From Lama guanicoe (Eukaryota), in NCBI GenBank assembly GCA_013239625.1, contig MU054001.1, positions 1,928,151 to 1,992,150 on the forward strand: a stretch of 64,000 bases of DNA, given 5' to 3'. Of this stretch, positions 53,661 to 64,000 are shown one piece after another; the stretch's first letter is position 1; every line of letters begins with the position of its first letter. Under the pieces are notes generated by a model. The model searched no databases. It was not told the origin of the DNA and saw only the letters and a program-made list of their open reading frames with translations. The position numbers were made by a program, and so were the translations under genes.

Positions 53661-55990
53661 GATGCCTCTCTCTGGAGTTGGACCCACCCTCATCCCTGGA
53701 ACTGCCTTTGGCCAAAGAAACTCGAGACTAACCCCATCCCGAGAAGCTCCGAAGTGTCGGAGGAGAGAGAAAGCCCTGCCTTTGGGACTCAGGGTTCAGA
53801 AGCTGCCTCCATCAGTCTTTGCTTGGGAACTGTGAGAAAGGTGAGGCCACGAGGAGGCCTACGTCTCCATCTCTCTGAGAGAGAGGGCGAAAGAAGTCTT
53901 CACACCTCCTGGAACTTCCCCAGAGCTTCTGGAGATGGGCGATCCCCACCCACAGCAGCCTGCCGCAGCTCTGGTGAATCTGCTGCTGAGCTGTGACTGT
54001 CCAGGGACGCTCCCCCCACCCCCACCATGTGCCTCACTTTTCTGAACTCTGAAAACTCTGTAGTCATAGTGTCGATGCAGTGGTGTGGCCCTCAGTTTTG
54101 TTTTGCGGGTTTTTTTTTTTCCCCCCATCTCTCTCCTTTTTTTTCCAGTAGCTGGCTGTCTAGCCGATATCCCTAACTGGAAGGTTTGGGGTTTGGCTCA
54201 CTCCACCCTGTTTGCCTGAATGCTTTAATATTTAACTTGGAGAATTGTTAATGAGTTATGGGAACAATCAGGCTCAGACTGTGATCATGGCAGTGGAAGA
54301 CAACGAGGCCTTGATCATCCAGTCAGCGGAACTCTGAGTACTGGTGGGGAGGGAGGAGGAGGGATCCGTGTTCCTGGTGTGTGAATCCCCAGAAAAATCT
54401 CCCTCTGCTGATGTTCACGTGTCTCCTCATATCAAAAGTCTGTCAATGTGAACCCTCTGGCGTCTGAGTTCTCTGTATCCAGCCTTCAGAAATATTTCGC
54501 TGTTTACTAACATGTCTGTCAGCCTCTCTTTTTTCCTCTCTTGCCTGTGTTTTGGCTTTTAATTCGACTCAAAAGCCTTTTAATTTGAAATCAAATAGAC
54601 ATGTTTGCAAATAAGTGATGACACAACACATTTGAAAGGCAGGACTGGGGAGCTGAGATTAGAGGCTCAGCAGGGAAGGGTGGGTGTCATCCTGTGGAAC
54701 GCAAGGGGGAAAAGGAGGCTCTGGAGCACTTTCTTCGGGACAAGCATCACTCTGAGGGCTTCACACAGGTGGTTTCATGTAACCGCCACTAACCACACCC
54801 ATTTTATAGATGAGGAGACTGAGGTAGCAAGAGGTTAAATACCAGCCTGGATGGGGCGGAATCAGGATTCGGCCCCCAGCAGTGTGGCTGCTGAGGTCAT
54901 GCTGTTAACCCCTGCAGGATCCTGCTGAAAGTGGAGGGTCTTTTCTGTAAATCTGTGTGCATGGCGGGGGGCGGGGGGACCAATTCTCTTTACTCATTTG
55001 GATCCACTTGCCTGTGGAGGAGGGAGGTGGTCAGCTGGGAGTCACCCCACTGAGGGTTGAGTGATGCTTTGAGGTCCCTTTATTCTTACTCTGGGTCCAG
55101 AGGGGTGGGTGGGGAGAAGCAGGGAGAGGAAGGAATGGAGAGAGAGAAGAGGCAGCACGCTACTGGAAATGATCCTTCTTTTTGGCCATAAAAACCTCAG
55201 CAATGGAGTAGGATTCTTTTAAGATGACATGGCAACTGGGCTAAAGAGAAGGAAAGAAGGGATTTGGCCTGCAAACGGATTGCAGAAGTTCCTTCTGCTC
55301 AGGCAGAGCCTGGTGTCTTCCAAGGAGGGAGCAGCAGAGCTGGGGGCCCCCTCGGCTGGCCTGAAGCCCTGCCCTCCCCCGGGGCCAGGAAACAGGCCTG
55401 GGCTTGCAGCTGGGGATCAGGAAGTGTGGGGCCTCTTTCTGCAGCTTTCTGGGGATAGGCCAAGTTCTGGTAACTGCTTTCAATTTTTTTTTTTTTAAGA
55501 CAATTCTGTTTTGTTTTGTTTTTTTTCTTTTTTTCCCTCCTCCCTCCTAATGGAAATTCACCCTGCAAAACAGGACGGTATCTGGTAAGAAGCTGCTCAC
55601 AATGTCTGCCCTCAGGGCTCCTGGAAAAAGTCCTCAGCTGGTGGGGAGGTCTGGAGGCAGGGTGGTACTTATTTTACCAGCTCCTGAGGGGCGGAACTCA
55701 CTCAGCTTCTCACCAAACCAAACGAAGGAGAGACTCCAGGTCCTTAGAAGTTCAGAGACATGGTGGTTTGTTTTGCTTCCTTCGGGGATGGTGCAAAATG
55801 CTCATTTAATTAAATTCAGGATCTCTGAGGGTTTTGAAAAACAAGATTTTTCATCCACCTCCAGCTGCTGCAGGCATGCTGCAATTTGCCAGGAAGTTCA
55901 TCTGTAACAGGAAAAAGAACCCAGTTTTTTTTTTTTGTGAAATTTATGAATTATAATTATCTCCTGCATTTTTTTAAATTAAAAAACCCC

Positions 55991-56126
55991 TTTTTTTGAG
56001 GGGAGGAGGTCATTAGGTCTATTTATTAATAATTATTATTATTATTAATGGGGGTACTCGGGATTGAACCGAGGACCTTGTTCATGTTAAGCATGAACTC
56101 TACCATTTGAGCTACACCCTTCCCCC
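55991..56126 (-). mobile_element. Vic-1-type tRNA-Ala SINE
   Basis: Reverse, diverged tRNA-Ala head with tail extension. Confidence 0.85.
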
Positions 56127-56359
56127 ATACCCAATTGCTTTTTAGGGATGTTCCAGTTGTGCCATAGGGGCCCAGTATCATTTATCTCAGTCCCTCTGAG
56201 GCTCATGTGCCTGGTGAAAGTGATCAGAATTATGTCCACTCAAATGAGCTTTAACGTCTTGAGAGAGAGGTCTGCACAGACTCTGCGTTACTTGAAAGCC
56301 ACTGCTCTGTCCTGCTTCCCAAACTATTGGGAGAGGGGGGATTTGTTTACCAGTCACCT

Positions 56360-56505
56360 TTCTATCCACCTATCCTTTCATCTGTTTATTCATCCATCCT
56401 GCCCTCCATCCATCCACCCATCCTCTCATCCATCCAGTCCATTCAATCCATTTATCTATCATCCATTTGTCTGTTTACGTACTTACCCACCTACCTACCT
56501 ACGTA
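56360..56505. repeat. Degenerate (TCCA)n/(TACC)n simple repeat
   Basis: Direct read. Confidence 0.8.
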
Positions 56506-57075
56506 CACATTCAGCTCTTCCCTTGGATTTTTCAGTTACATAAGGCAATAAATTTCCCATTTCAAACCAAATTCATTCATTGAGCAAGTGTTTATTGAGT
56601 TTTTAGTCTTCTCTATCACTCAGTCATTCATTCCTTGCTTTATCCACCCATTAATCCAGCAGTTACTGGGAGACCACTCTGTGCCAAACTCCTTATTGGT
56701 AATAAAATATTGAAGTGCGTCTTTGTAGGAACACAGCCTGCAGCAGGGTGGTTCAGAGATCTTTCCAGCCCAGGTGTGACCTGAGTGGACCCTTCAAGAG
56801 TCAGTAGGAATTAGCTAGGGAAAGAGTGTTTCAGGAGAAAGGGAACATATGAGCCAGGATTGGAGGCTGCATGGGGCACGATGTGCAGCATTGCAGGAGC
56901 CTGAAGGGCACATCACACAGTGACAGGGAGGTGAGACTTGATAAATAAAAAGGATCAGATCATGAAGGGCCTTGTAAGTTTATACTGAGAGGCTGAGAGT
57001 TCCTCCTGATGATGATGAGGATTCCACTGAAGGACTTTAGGCAGAGGAATAATGCTAGGATATCAATTGCTTTTG

Positions 57076-57205
57076 TTCTATTTTTTAATTTTTATTTTAT
57101 TTTATTTTTTAAACATTATTTTATTAATGGAGGTACTGGGGATTGAACCAAGGACCTCGCACACACTAAACATGCATTCTGCGGCTGAGCTATATCCCCC
57201 ACCCC
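57076..57205 (-). mobile_element. Vic-1-type tRNA-Ala SINE
   Basis: 15-bp TSD TATCAAT(TG/CA)CTTTTG (57061-57075, 57206-57220). Confidence 0.9.
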
Positions 57206-57224
57206 TATCAATCACTTTTGACTA

Positions 57225-57735
57225 CTTTATATCTTGCTTTCTGGTAACAAATTTCATCTTTTCCCCTTGGGGAACTCTCTTCTCACCCACTCTCAGTCTA
57301 TATGACCTGGCTGATTCCATTCTTGGGTTCAAGGCTGAGCATGGCAGGTGCCTAGTCAAAGGTCTGAAGGGGATCCAACCCAAAACAGTCCAATGAGTCT
57401 TTCTTGAGACATTTTGTTGACACAATTGGAAAGAGGTATTCACTTTCTTTTGGAGTTAATGAAACTGTAGGGTTTAAGCTTGGAACGTCTTAATGACAAT
57501 TTTTCCACCCCTGGGGAGGGCCTGCTTGGGAATGAAGCCACAGAAGAGACCGGAGCTAAGAGAAGTAGAGACATATTCCTGATGGACTTGTTTGGGCAAC
57601 TAGATGCGGCCATGCCAGAATCTATTACCATTCTTAGAAGATTTACGAAAGCCAATACATTCTCAGTTTCTTTTTCTTTTTTTCCTCTGAGAGTGGTTTG
57701 AATTCGGTTTCTGTCATTTTCAAAGGATTATGAGT
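57225..57735 (+). mobile_element. MLT1K/L-like MaLR LTR
   Basis: GAATGAAGCCACAGAAGAG...GAAAGCCAATACATTCTC...GTTTGAATTCGGTTTCTGTCA. Confidence 0.65.
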
Positions 57736-57869
57736 AAATCAGATCAACTTAGATTTGTGCATTAGGTAGAGTAACTTGGTAGCTGTTTGAAGGAAGGAGT
57801 TGAGAGGGATAAGGCTGGAAGCAGGAAAATCAATTAGGACGCAATTTCCTGACCTACGAAAGATATAGC

Positions 57870-58197
57870 AGGTAGCTATTCCTATGAAGAGCTATTTTGC
57901 AACTGTCCACAAAATCTCAGCGGCACACAAGCGTATGTTTTTTTCTTCTCACTCATGCATCTGTGGGCCACTGTGGTTCAGGTGATCTAGGCTACCTGCG
58001 GAGTGTTCACATGACACATAGAAGGAGCACAGGAGGCTGAGTCCAGCTGCATAGCCGCAGTCCTGTTCTCTTCTGCTCCACTGCCCCCAGAAAATCACGT
58101 GGTCCAAACCAATATCAACAGGATGGGGACATGCCCTTCTCTCATGGAGGGCGGCAGTGGGGTGAATATTTACTAAACAATAATCTGCTCTGACACA
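57870..58197 (-). mobile_element. MLT1 (I/J-like) LTR fragment
   Basis: CACAAAATCTCAGCGGC...CTCACTCATG...AAACAATAATCTGCTCTGACACA. Confidence 0.5.
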
Positions 58198-58457
58198 AAA
58201 GGAGTAGGGTGAAGAGGACAAATTCAAGCACTATTTAGGGGGTGAAATCAGCCTGTTTCGATGGTTGATTTTACATTGGGGTTGAAGGAGAAAGGAGTCA
58301 AATTTACTGCTTGGGTGACGGGGCTGACGATGGGGCCACCAAATGAGTAAAGGGACTCTGGGAGGAGGGACCAGTTTAGAGGGAAGATGAGGAGGTGAGT
58401 TTTGGAAGGGTTGAGTTTGAGATGCTTCTAAGACAAAATAAAAATGATTATATAGCT

Positions 58458-58580
58458 TGGTGACGGATGTTATCTAGACTTAACTCAGTGATCATTTTGC
58501 AATTTATACAAATATCGAATCATTACGTTGTACACCTGAAACAAACATAATGTTATATGCTGATTATACCTTAAAAAAAA
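58458..58580 (+). mobile_element. Short L1 3' end
   Basis: GGTGACGGATGTTA...GTTGTACACCTGAAAC...ATTATACCTTAAAAAAAA. Confidence 0.8.
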
Positions 58581-58800
58581 TCATAATAGCGAACACTTGT
58601 ATTACTAGGTCCAGGCATTGTTCCAAATGCTTTATGTAAAGGACTTGTTTAATCCTTTCAACCACCCTATCCTCATGTTGCAGATTAAAACACAGAGGAG
58701 TGGATAATTTACCTGTCTTTCAGCTCTCAAAGACAGAGCAGGAACATGTACTAGGAAGTTTGGCTCCAGAGGGTGAGACTTGAAGAATTCATGTGGGAGT

Positions 58801-59265
58801 TGTGGGGACCCTCTTGACCCCCCCCCCCCCAAGTTGGTATAAAGGTTATTTTAAAGTGGAAATATTTGGGCATAGAAGATGCAGAAACAAATCTTACCTG
58901 AATTCCCTTAGTTGCCTGAATCAGGGGCATTATGAAATACAGCTGCCCATTAAACCCTTTCCAAGGGGGTTCTGTGAAAATTCAGTTGTCCAGAAGACAG
59001 ACTGTTTATTCTCATTAGCATCAAAAAGCCCAGGAGAACCTTCTGAACTCACCCATTGAAGACCTAACCACCCCCCCCCTTTTGTTAAATTGGTATATTT
59101 ACACATTTCCTTTGGGCTATTCCAGGAGTTTTCCTGACTGGAACTCTCAAGTGCACATGTGAAAATAAACCTGGTCTTTTCTCTTGTTAATGTTTTTCTC
59201 AGTCAATTTATCAGGCCCCCAACTGCTGGACGAGAGTTGGAAGAGGAAAAGTTTTCTTCCCAACA
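58801..59265 (+). mobile_element. ERV1 5' LTR, MER34-like
   Basis: TG start, AATAAA in the 3' part and a GAAAAGTTTTCTTCCCAACA end, followed by a PBS. Confidence 0.7.
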
Positions 59266-60659
59266 AAGAGGAAAATTTTCTTCCCTTTTGGCAACAAAGA
59301 TGGGATGGTTAGTGCTCCCCACTCTCTGGAGACTGCCCCGAGATCCCAGGACCTCTGCCCACGCCAGTAAAGGTTAACTTTGTTCCACTGTCACAATCCT
59401 GTATCTCCGCCAGGGTCCAGCCGAGCAGGGACAGCAAGAGCCTCTCCTTGCCTCTTTGAACAGGATTTCCCGAAGTTTAGATTTACAAAAGAAAATGTTT
59501 AGTTAAAACCAGTTCTTTGGATATGGGGACTCTTGTTGCAGGTTGTGTCCATCTCTTGTGCCACAGTTTTGTGATGTCTAGGAGTGTTATTTGTTTCCCA
59601 AAAACATGGCTTTGGAAATTGAAAAGAGCATTCTCTCTGGTTTTTCCACCTGCTGGGGGTGGGGTGTAGATTGTCAGGTCTGCTGCCAACCATTAGGTGT
59701 CAGGCCCTGAGGAATTGTAGTCAGCTGGACAGAAATGTGGGTAGCTTACAGCTGGGGTTCTACTGACTATTCCAGCTTTCAGCGGGTTCATCTAAGTCTA
59801 AATCCTAAAGGGTCTCATCCTATAAGGACCCTGTCTCTTCCCCCATTGCCTTTTGCTCATCGCTTATGGCGACAGAGAGCCTTCTTTCCCTCTCCCTGGC
59901 TACCTTTGGGTATGAGTGTTGCATCTTCCGTGCTCTCTAGCCTCCATAGTTAAGCCATAAAAATGCTAATGGCTTGAGTCACAGCTGAAATGAGTATACT
60001 TTCTGAGGCTGGGTTACAATGTAGCATCTTTGTTTTTGGAAGTTACCTCTTGGCCTAGAAGTTCTTCCTGCCTTCCGTTTTGAGGCCGCTTAATTTTCAC
60101 TCCTTGATCCTGTTCCTTTCATTAGAAATTTTCAATAGACTGAATTTTCCCCTTCTCAATCTCCCATTGACCATGGCACTAACTCTGTCTGCTTCCCTTC
60201 TTGTTGGCACGACTTTTCGAAGGATAATTTAGAACTTCAATGGCTCCTTTGAGAAAATGTTCATCTCCCAAGCTGGATTTTCTAAGAGATTTTTGCTTCC
60301 CATTTCAGCCCTTCAACTGCCTATAGTCACTGGAACTTTAGGTAACCCTTGGCCCTCCTCAAGGGCTCTCAAGGGACTCAAGGACACCCAGAAGCAACCA
60401 CATGGGGTTGAAAAAGAAAGAAAAAGACTAATTACAGACTAAATTTAGTCCATAGCCTCCATAAGATTATATGTCAAGGAAAAAGGAAAAATCTTAAAAA
60501 TTTCCACCACGAATATTGGAAACAGTGTTAGCCCTCATATTGAGCAGGTAACTTGTTCCACCTGCCAGAGCCATGATCAGGTTAAAAATATAAAGTAGGA
60601 CAAAGATGAGAGCCAACTCTTGTATTTATTCATTTTTTCTCTTTAAATATTAATTATTT

Positions 60660-60795
60660 GATTTTTTAAATTGACATGTAGTCAGTTATAATGTGTCCAT
60701 TTCTGGTGTACAGCATAATATCCCAGTCATACATATATATATGTATATTCATTTTCATATTCTTTTTCATTAAAGGTTATTACAAGATTATTATT
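60660..60795 (-). mobile_element. L1 3' end fragment
   Basis: TTTCTGGTGTACAGCATAATATCCCAGTCATAC...TCTTTTTCATTAAAGGTTATTACAAGAT. Confidence 0.8.
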
Positions 60796-60846
60796 ACTAA
60801 ATATAGTGCCCAACTCTTATATTTAAATTAATGAATTTTATATTAT

Positions 60847-61222
60847 TGTAGGTCTTAGTTTGGGCTGCTGTGACAAGATAACATAGACTGGGAGGCTCAA
60901 ACAGCAAACATTTATTTCTCACAGTTCTGGAGGCTGGAAGTCCAAGATCAGGGGGTCGGTGTGGTAGTTGTGATGAGAGCCCGTTTTCTGGCTTGTGGAT
61001 AGTGGCTTTCTCCTTGTTTTCCCACATGAGAAAGAAAGAGAAGGAAAGAGAAAGAAAGAGCGCTCTCTTGTGTTTCTTCTCGTAAGGACACTAATCCAAT
61101 TCACAAGGGCTCTGCCATCACGCCTTGATTAGCTCCTGAAGTTTCCATCTCCAAATACCATCACGTTAGAAATTAGAATTTCAGCATATGAATTTTGGGG
61201 GACATCAACATTCAGTTTACAG
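60847..61222 (-). mobile_element. MLT1A-like MaLR solo LTR
   Basis: TTTATTTCTCACAGTTCTGGAGGCTGGAAGTCCAAGATC...GAATTTTGGGGGACA. Confidence 0.85.
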
Positions 61223-61609
61223 TCCTGTACTTATGCCTTATTCATGGCTAAAAACTCAGATGAAACCTGTAAGATCTCTATTTGCATCTGCCTGTATGTT
61301 ATGTATATGTGATATTTTTTCTACCTCTGTATGGTATTACCAAAGTAACAAAGGAAATTCATTCTAATTGGCTTAGAGAAAATAAGCACTTACATAAATT
61401 AAATATCACTCAAACTCAGAAATATAGGAACTAACTAAATTATTTTCAAGTTCACATGATTTGGGTAAATGTTAAACAAGACCTTCTGAGGTACCAGCAC
61501 AGAGTATGATACAAGCATACGTTCTTATTCTGCTTGGATTTTCTGGTCAAATAAACTAATATTATATTTGTTAGATGTTTAAGATTATAAGACTTACAGA
61601 CTTGATTCT

Positions 61610-61915
61610 TTTTTTTTGAGGTGATGGACTTCATTGTTTTATTTTTTAAACATTTTTTAATTGAGTTTGTCATTTTACAATGTATCAAATTCCAATGTAG
61701 AGCACAAGTTTTTAGTTATACATGAACATACGTATATTCACTGTCACATTTTTTTTCGCTGTGAGCTACCACGAGATCCTGTATCTATTTCCCTGTGCTA
61801 TACAGTATAATCTTGTTTATCTATGCTATATATGCCTGTCAGTATCTACAAATTTTGAACTCCCAGTCTGTCCCTTCCCCCCCCCTACCCCCTTGGCAGC
61901 CACAAGTTTGTATTC
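61610..61915 (-). mobile_element. Young (camelid-type) L1 3' end with a 24-bp TSD
   Basis: TSD TATAAGACTTA(CA/TG)GACTTGATTCT (61586-61609, 61916-61939). Confidence 0.85.
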
Positions 61916-62424
61916 TATAAGACTTATGGACTTGATTCTAATCAAAATTGAGTCATTATTCTGGCAATGATTATGTTTTATAATAAATATGTCAAAATAG
62001 TTTCCAAAATCTTTTTGCTTATTTGCAACCTTAAAGCTATATTAAGTGATAGATATTCATTAAATATCTTGATCACTTCTAAGTAAGATAAAATACTGAA
62101 ACATTAAATACTGAACATAAATTTATGTACTTTTCACTTCTTATTTTTACATAAAGACTAATGATACTTGGACCTGTTAATAAACGTGTTCTTTTACCAA
62201 ATAGTGAAGTTGTATTATGAAGAAGCATATGTCTCTGGAAATTGTGAGATGGTGTATTCATAATTTTTTCTTATCAACTATAGAATGCTGGTATATCACA
62301 GACAGTTCACAGTTGTCTATTTCCTAGTTTTCTCTGAAAAGTAAAAGACCTGGTTTACACACTGACTATAGTCTACTTCTAAAAATGTAATTATAATTTG
62401 GTTGTCTTTCTGATGGCAGAGGGA

Positions 62425-62715
62425 AGATAAATAGCTGTCTTCAAATATTTGAACTGGACCCATATGGAAATTCTGTAGGCTTAATCTGTATCATCCCTGA
62501 AGTGGAAACCAGAAATAATGAGTGGAAATTACGTACAGGCAGATTGCAACTCAGTATAAATAACTTTGAATAGTTAAAGATATTCAGTAATGGAATGGTT
62601 TGTTTTGAGAAATGATGAGTTTCCTGTTTTGGGGGTGTGTTTAAAAAGAGACTGGACAGTTCTTTGCCATGATTGTGTGGGACTGTTCAAGCACAGAGCA
62701 GGGTTGGACTGGACT
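62425..62715 (+). mobile_element. CR1/L3 3' fragment
   Basis: GCTGTCTTCAAATATTTGAA...GGCAGATTGCAACTCAGTATAA...TGGAATGG...TGAGTTTCCTGT. Confidence 0.6.
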
Positions 62716-63173
62716 GGAAAAAGTATAGAGTGGTGGTTAAGGGCCTGCATTCAAAGTGTGGCTTGGCCACTGACCATTTATGTGGCCTTGGGGAGATTAT
62801 TTATCCATTCTGATCCTCAGTTTTTTCATCTGCTAAATGTTATATAGTATTACAATTTGTATATGCTATATATACACATATAATAGAAAAATATATATGA
62901 TACATATATAGATGTATTATATACATGTAATATAATATCAAGTTATTTTAAAGATTAAATGAGATGATGAGGAGTATATGGCATAGACTAGATAATAAAT
63001 CATAGTGGCTATCATGATAGCCATTATATCATTTATATATTTATATGTGTAGGTGAATATTCATCAGGATACATTCCCAGATATGTTGATAGCTGGCTAT
63101 GAGAAAAAGGGTTCGGTGGTCAAGTAAGTTTGGTGTGAAATAAAATTCATATTTTGTTGCAAGACAAGGAAAG

Positions 63174-63323
63174 TTTGTTTGTTTGTTTGTTTATTTATTG
63201 TGGGGGGGTAGTTAGGTTTATTTATTTATTTGGTTTTTCATTGGAGGTACTGGGGATTGAACCCAGGGCCTCGTGCATGCTAAGCATATGCTCTACAACT
63301 TGAACTATACCCTTCCCCCTCCC
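63174..63323 (-). mobile_element. Vic-1-type tRNA-Ala SINE
   Basis: Reverse tRNA-Ala head with tail extension. Confidence 0.9.
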
Positions 63324-63338
63324 ACTTCTTTAAAAAAA

Positions 63339-64000
63339 TTTTTTTAAATTGAAGTATAGTCAGTTACAATGTATCAATTTCTGGTGTACAGCACAATGTC
63401 CCAGTCATGCAGATGCATACATATATTTGTTTTCATATTCTTTTTCATTACAGGTCATTATAAGATACTGAATATAATTCCCTGTGCTATACAGAAGAAA
63501 CTTTTTTAAAAATCTATTTTTATATATAGTAGCTAACATTTGCAAATCTCATACTCCCAAATGTATCCTTTCCCATCCCCTTTCCTTGGTAACCATAAGA
63601 TTGTTTACTATGTCTGTGAGTCTGTTTCTGTTTTGTAGATGAGTTCATAGTGTCCTTTTTTTTCTTTTATGAGTGATATCATATGGTATTTTTCTTTCTC
63701 TTTCTGGCTTACTTCACTTAGAATGACAATCTCTAGGTCCGTATATATTGCTGCAAATGGCATTATTTTATTGCTTTTTTATGGCTGAATAGTATTCCAT
63801 CGTATAAATACAACACAACTTCTTTATCCAGTCATCTGTTGATGGACTATCAGATTGCTTCCATGTCTTGGCTATTGTATATAGTGCTGCTATGAACATT
63901 GGCATGCATATAACTTTCCAATTAGAATTCCCTCTGGATATATACCCAGAAGTAGGATTGCTGGATCATATTGTAAGTCTATTATTAGTTTTCTGAGGAA
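63339..64000 (-). mobile_element. L1 3' region (runs off the window end)
   Basis: TTTTTTAAATTGAAGTATAGTCAGTTACAATG... reverse L1 3'UTR and ORF2 end. Confidence 0.9.

Larger units (their letters stand above)
56570..58425 (-). mobile_element. Fragmented L2 host carrying nested SINE and MLT1 insertions
   Basis: Antisense L2 text (GATCAGATCATGAAGGGCCTTGTAAG..., GAGTTTTGGAAGGGTTGAGTTTGAGATG). Confidence 0.65.
59289..62350 (+). mobile_element. ERV1 internal region (MER34/MER4-group-like, non-coding, degenerate) with a tRNA-Arg-like PBS; interrupted by L1 and MLT1 insertions
   Basis: PBS TGGCAACAAAGATGGGAT (59289-59306) matches 14/18 to the complement of the tRNA-Arg(CCG) 3' end (TGGCGACCCAGATGGGAC). 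AT-rich MER4-group internal text follows (TTCAAGTTCACATGATTTGGGTAAA). The 3' boundary is approximate. Confidence 0.6.

Overview
This is mammalian genomic DNA, most likely camelid (alpaca/llama/camel), judged from 13 copies of a tRNA-Ala(AGC)-derived SINE of the camelid Vic-1 type. Most of the window is non-coding and rich in repeats: L1, L2, MIR, CR1/L3, MaLR/ERVL/ERV1 LTR elements and hAT/Tigger DNA-transposon relics. None of the supplied ORFs (all >=60 aa) looks like a real host gene. The one convincing coding sequence falls below the ORF-track cutoff. It is a 52-aa microprotein at 53502-53660 (+), [52 protein letters not shown], with a strong Kozak context and an N-terminal myristoylation/palmitoylation motif. 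An RFX X-box lies about 370 bp upstream. From memory it resembles human CHD9NB (CHD9 neighbor), whose function I do not know to be established. A CpG island at about 45.3-45.9 kb carries a perfect CTCF site and a minus-strand exon/donor, and is probably the divergent distal CHD9 promoter. If so, positions 1-45.6 kb are CHD9 5' intron containing several enhancer-like motif clusters. Gene and repeat-family names are recognised from memory, not from database searches.
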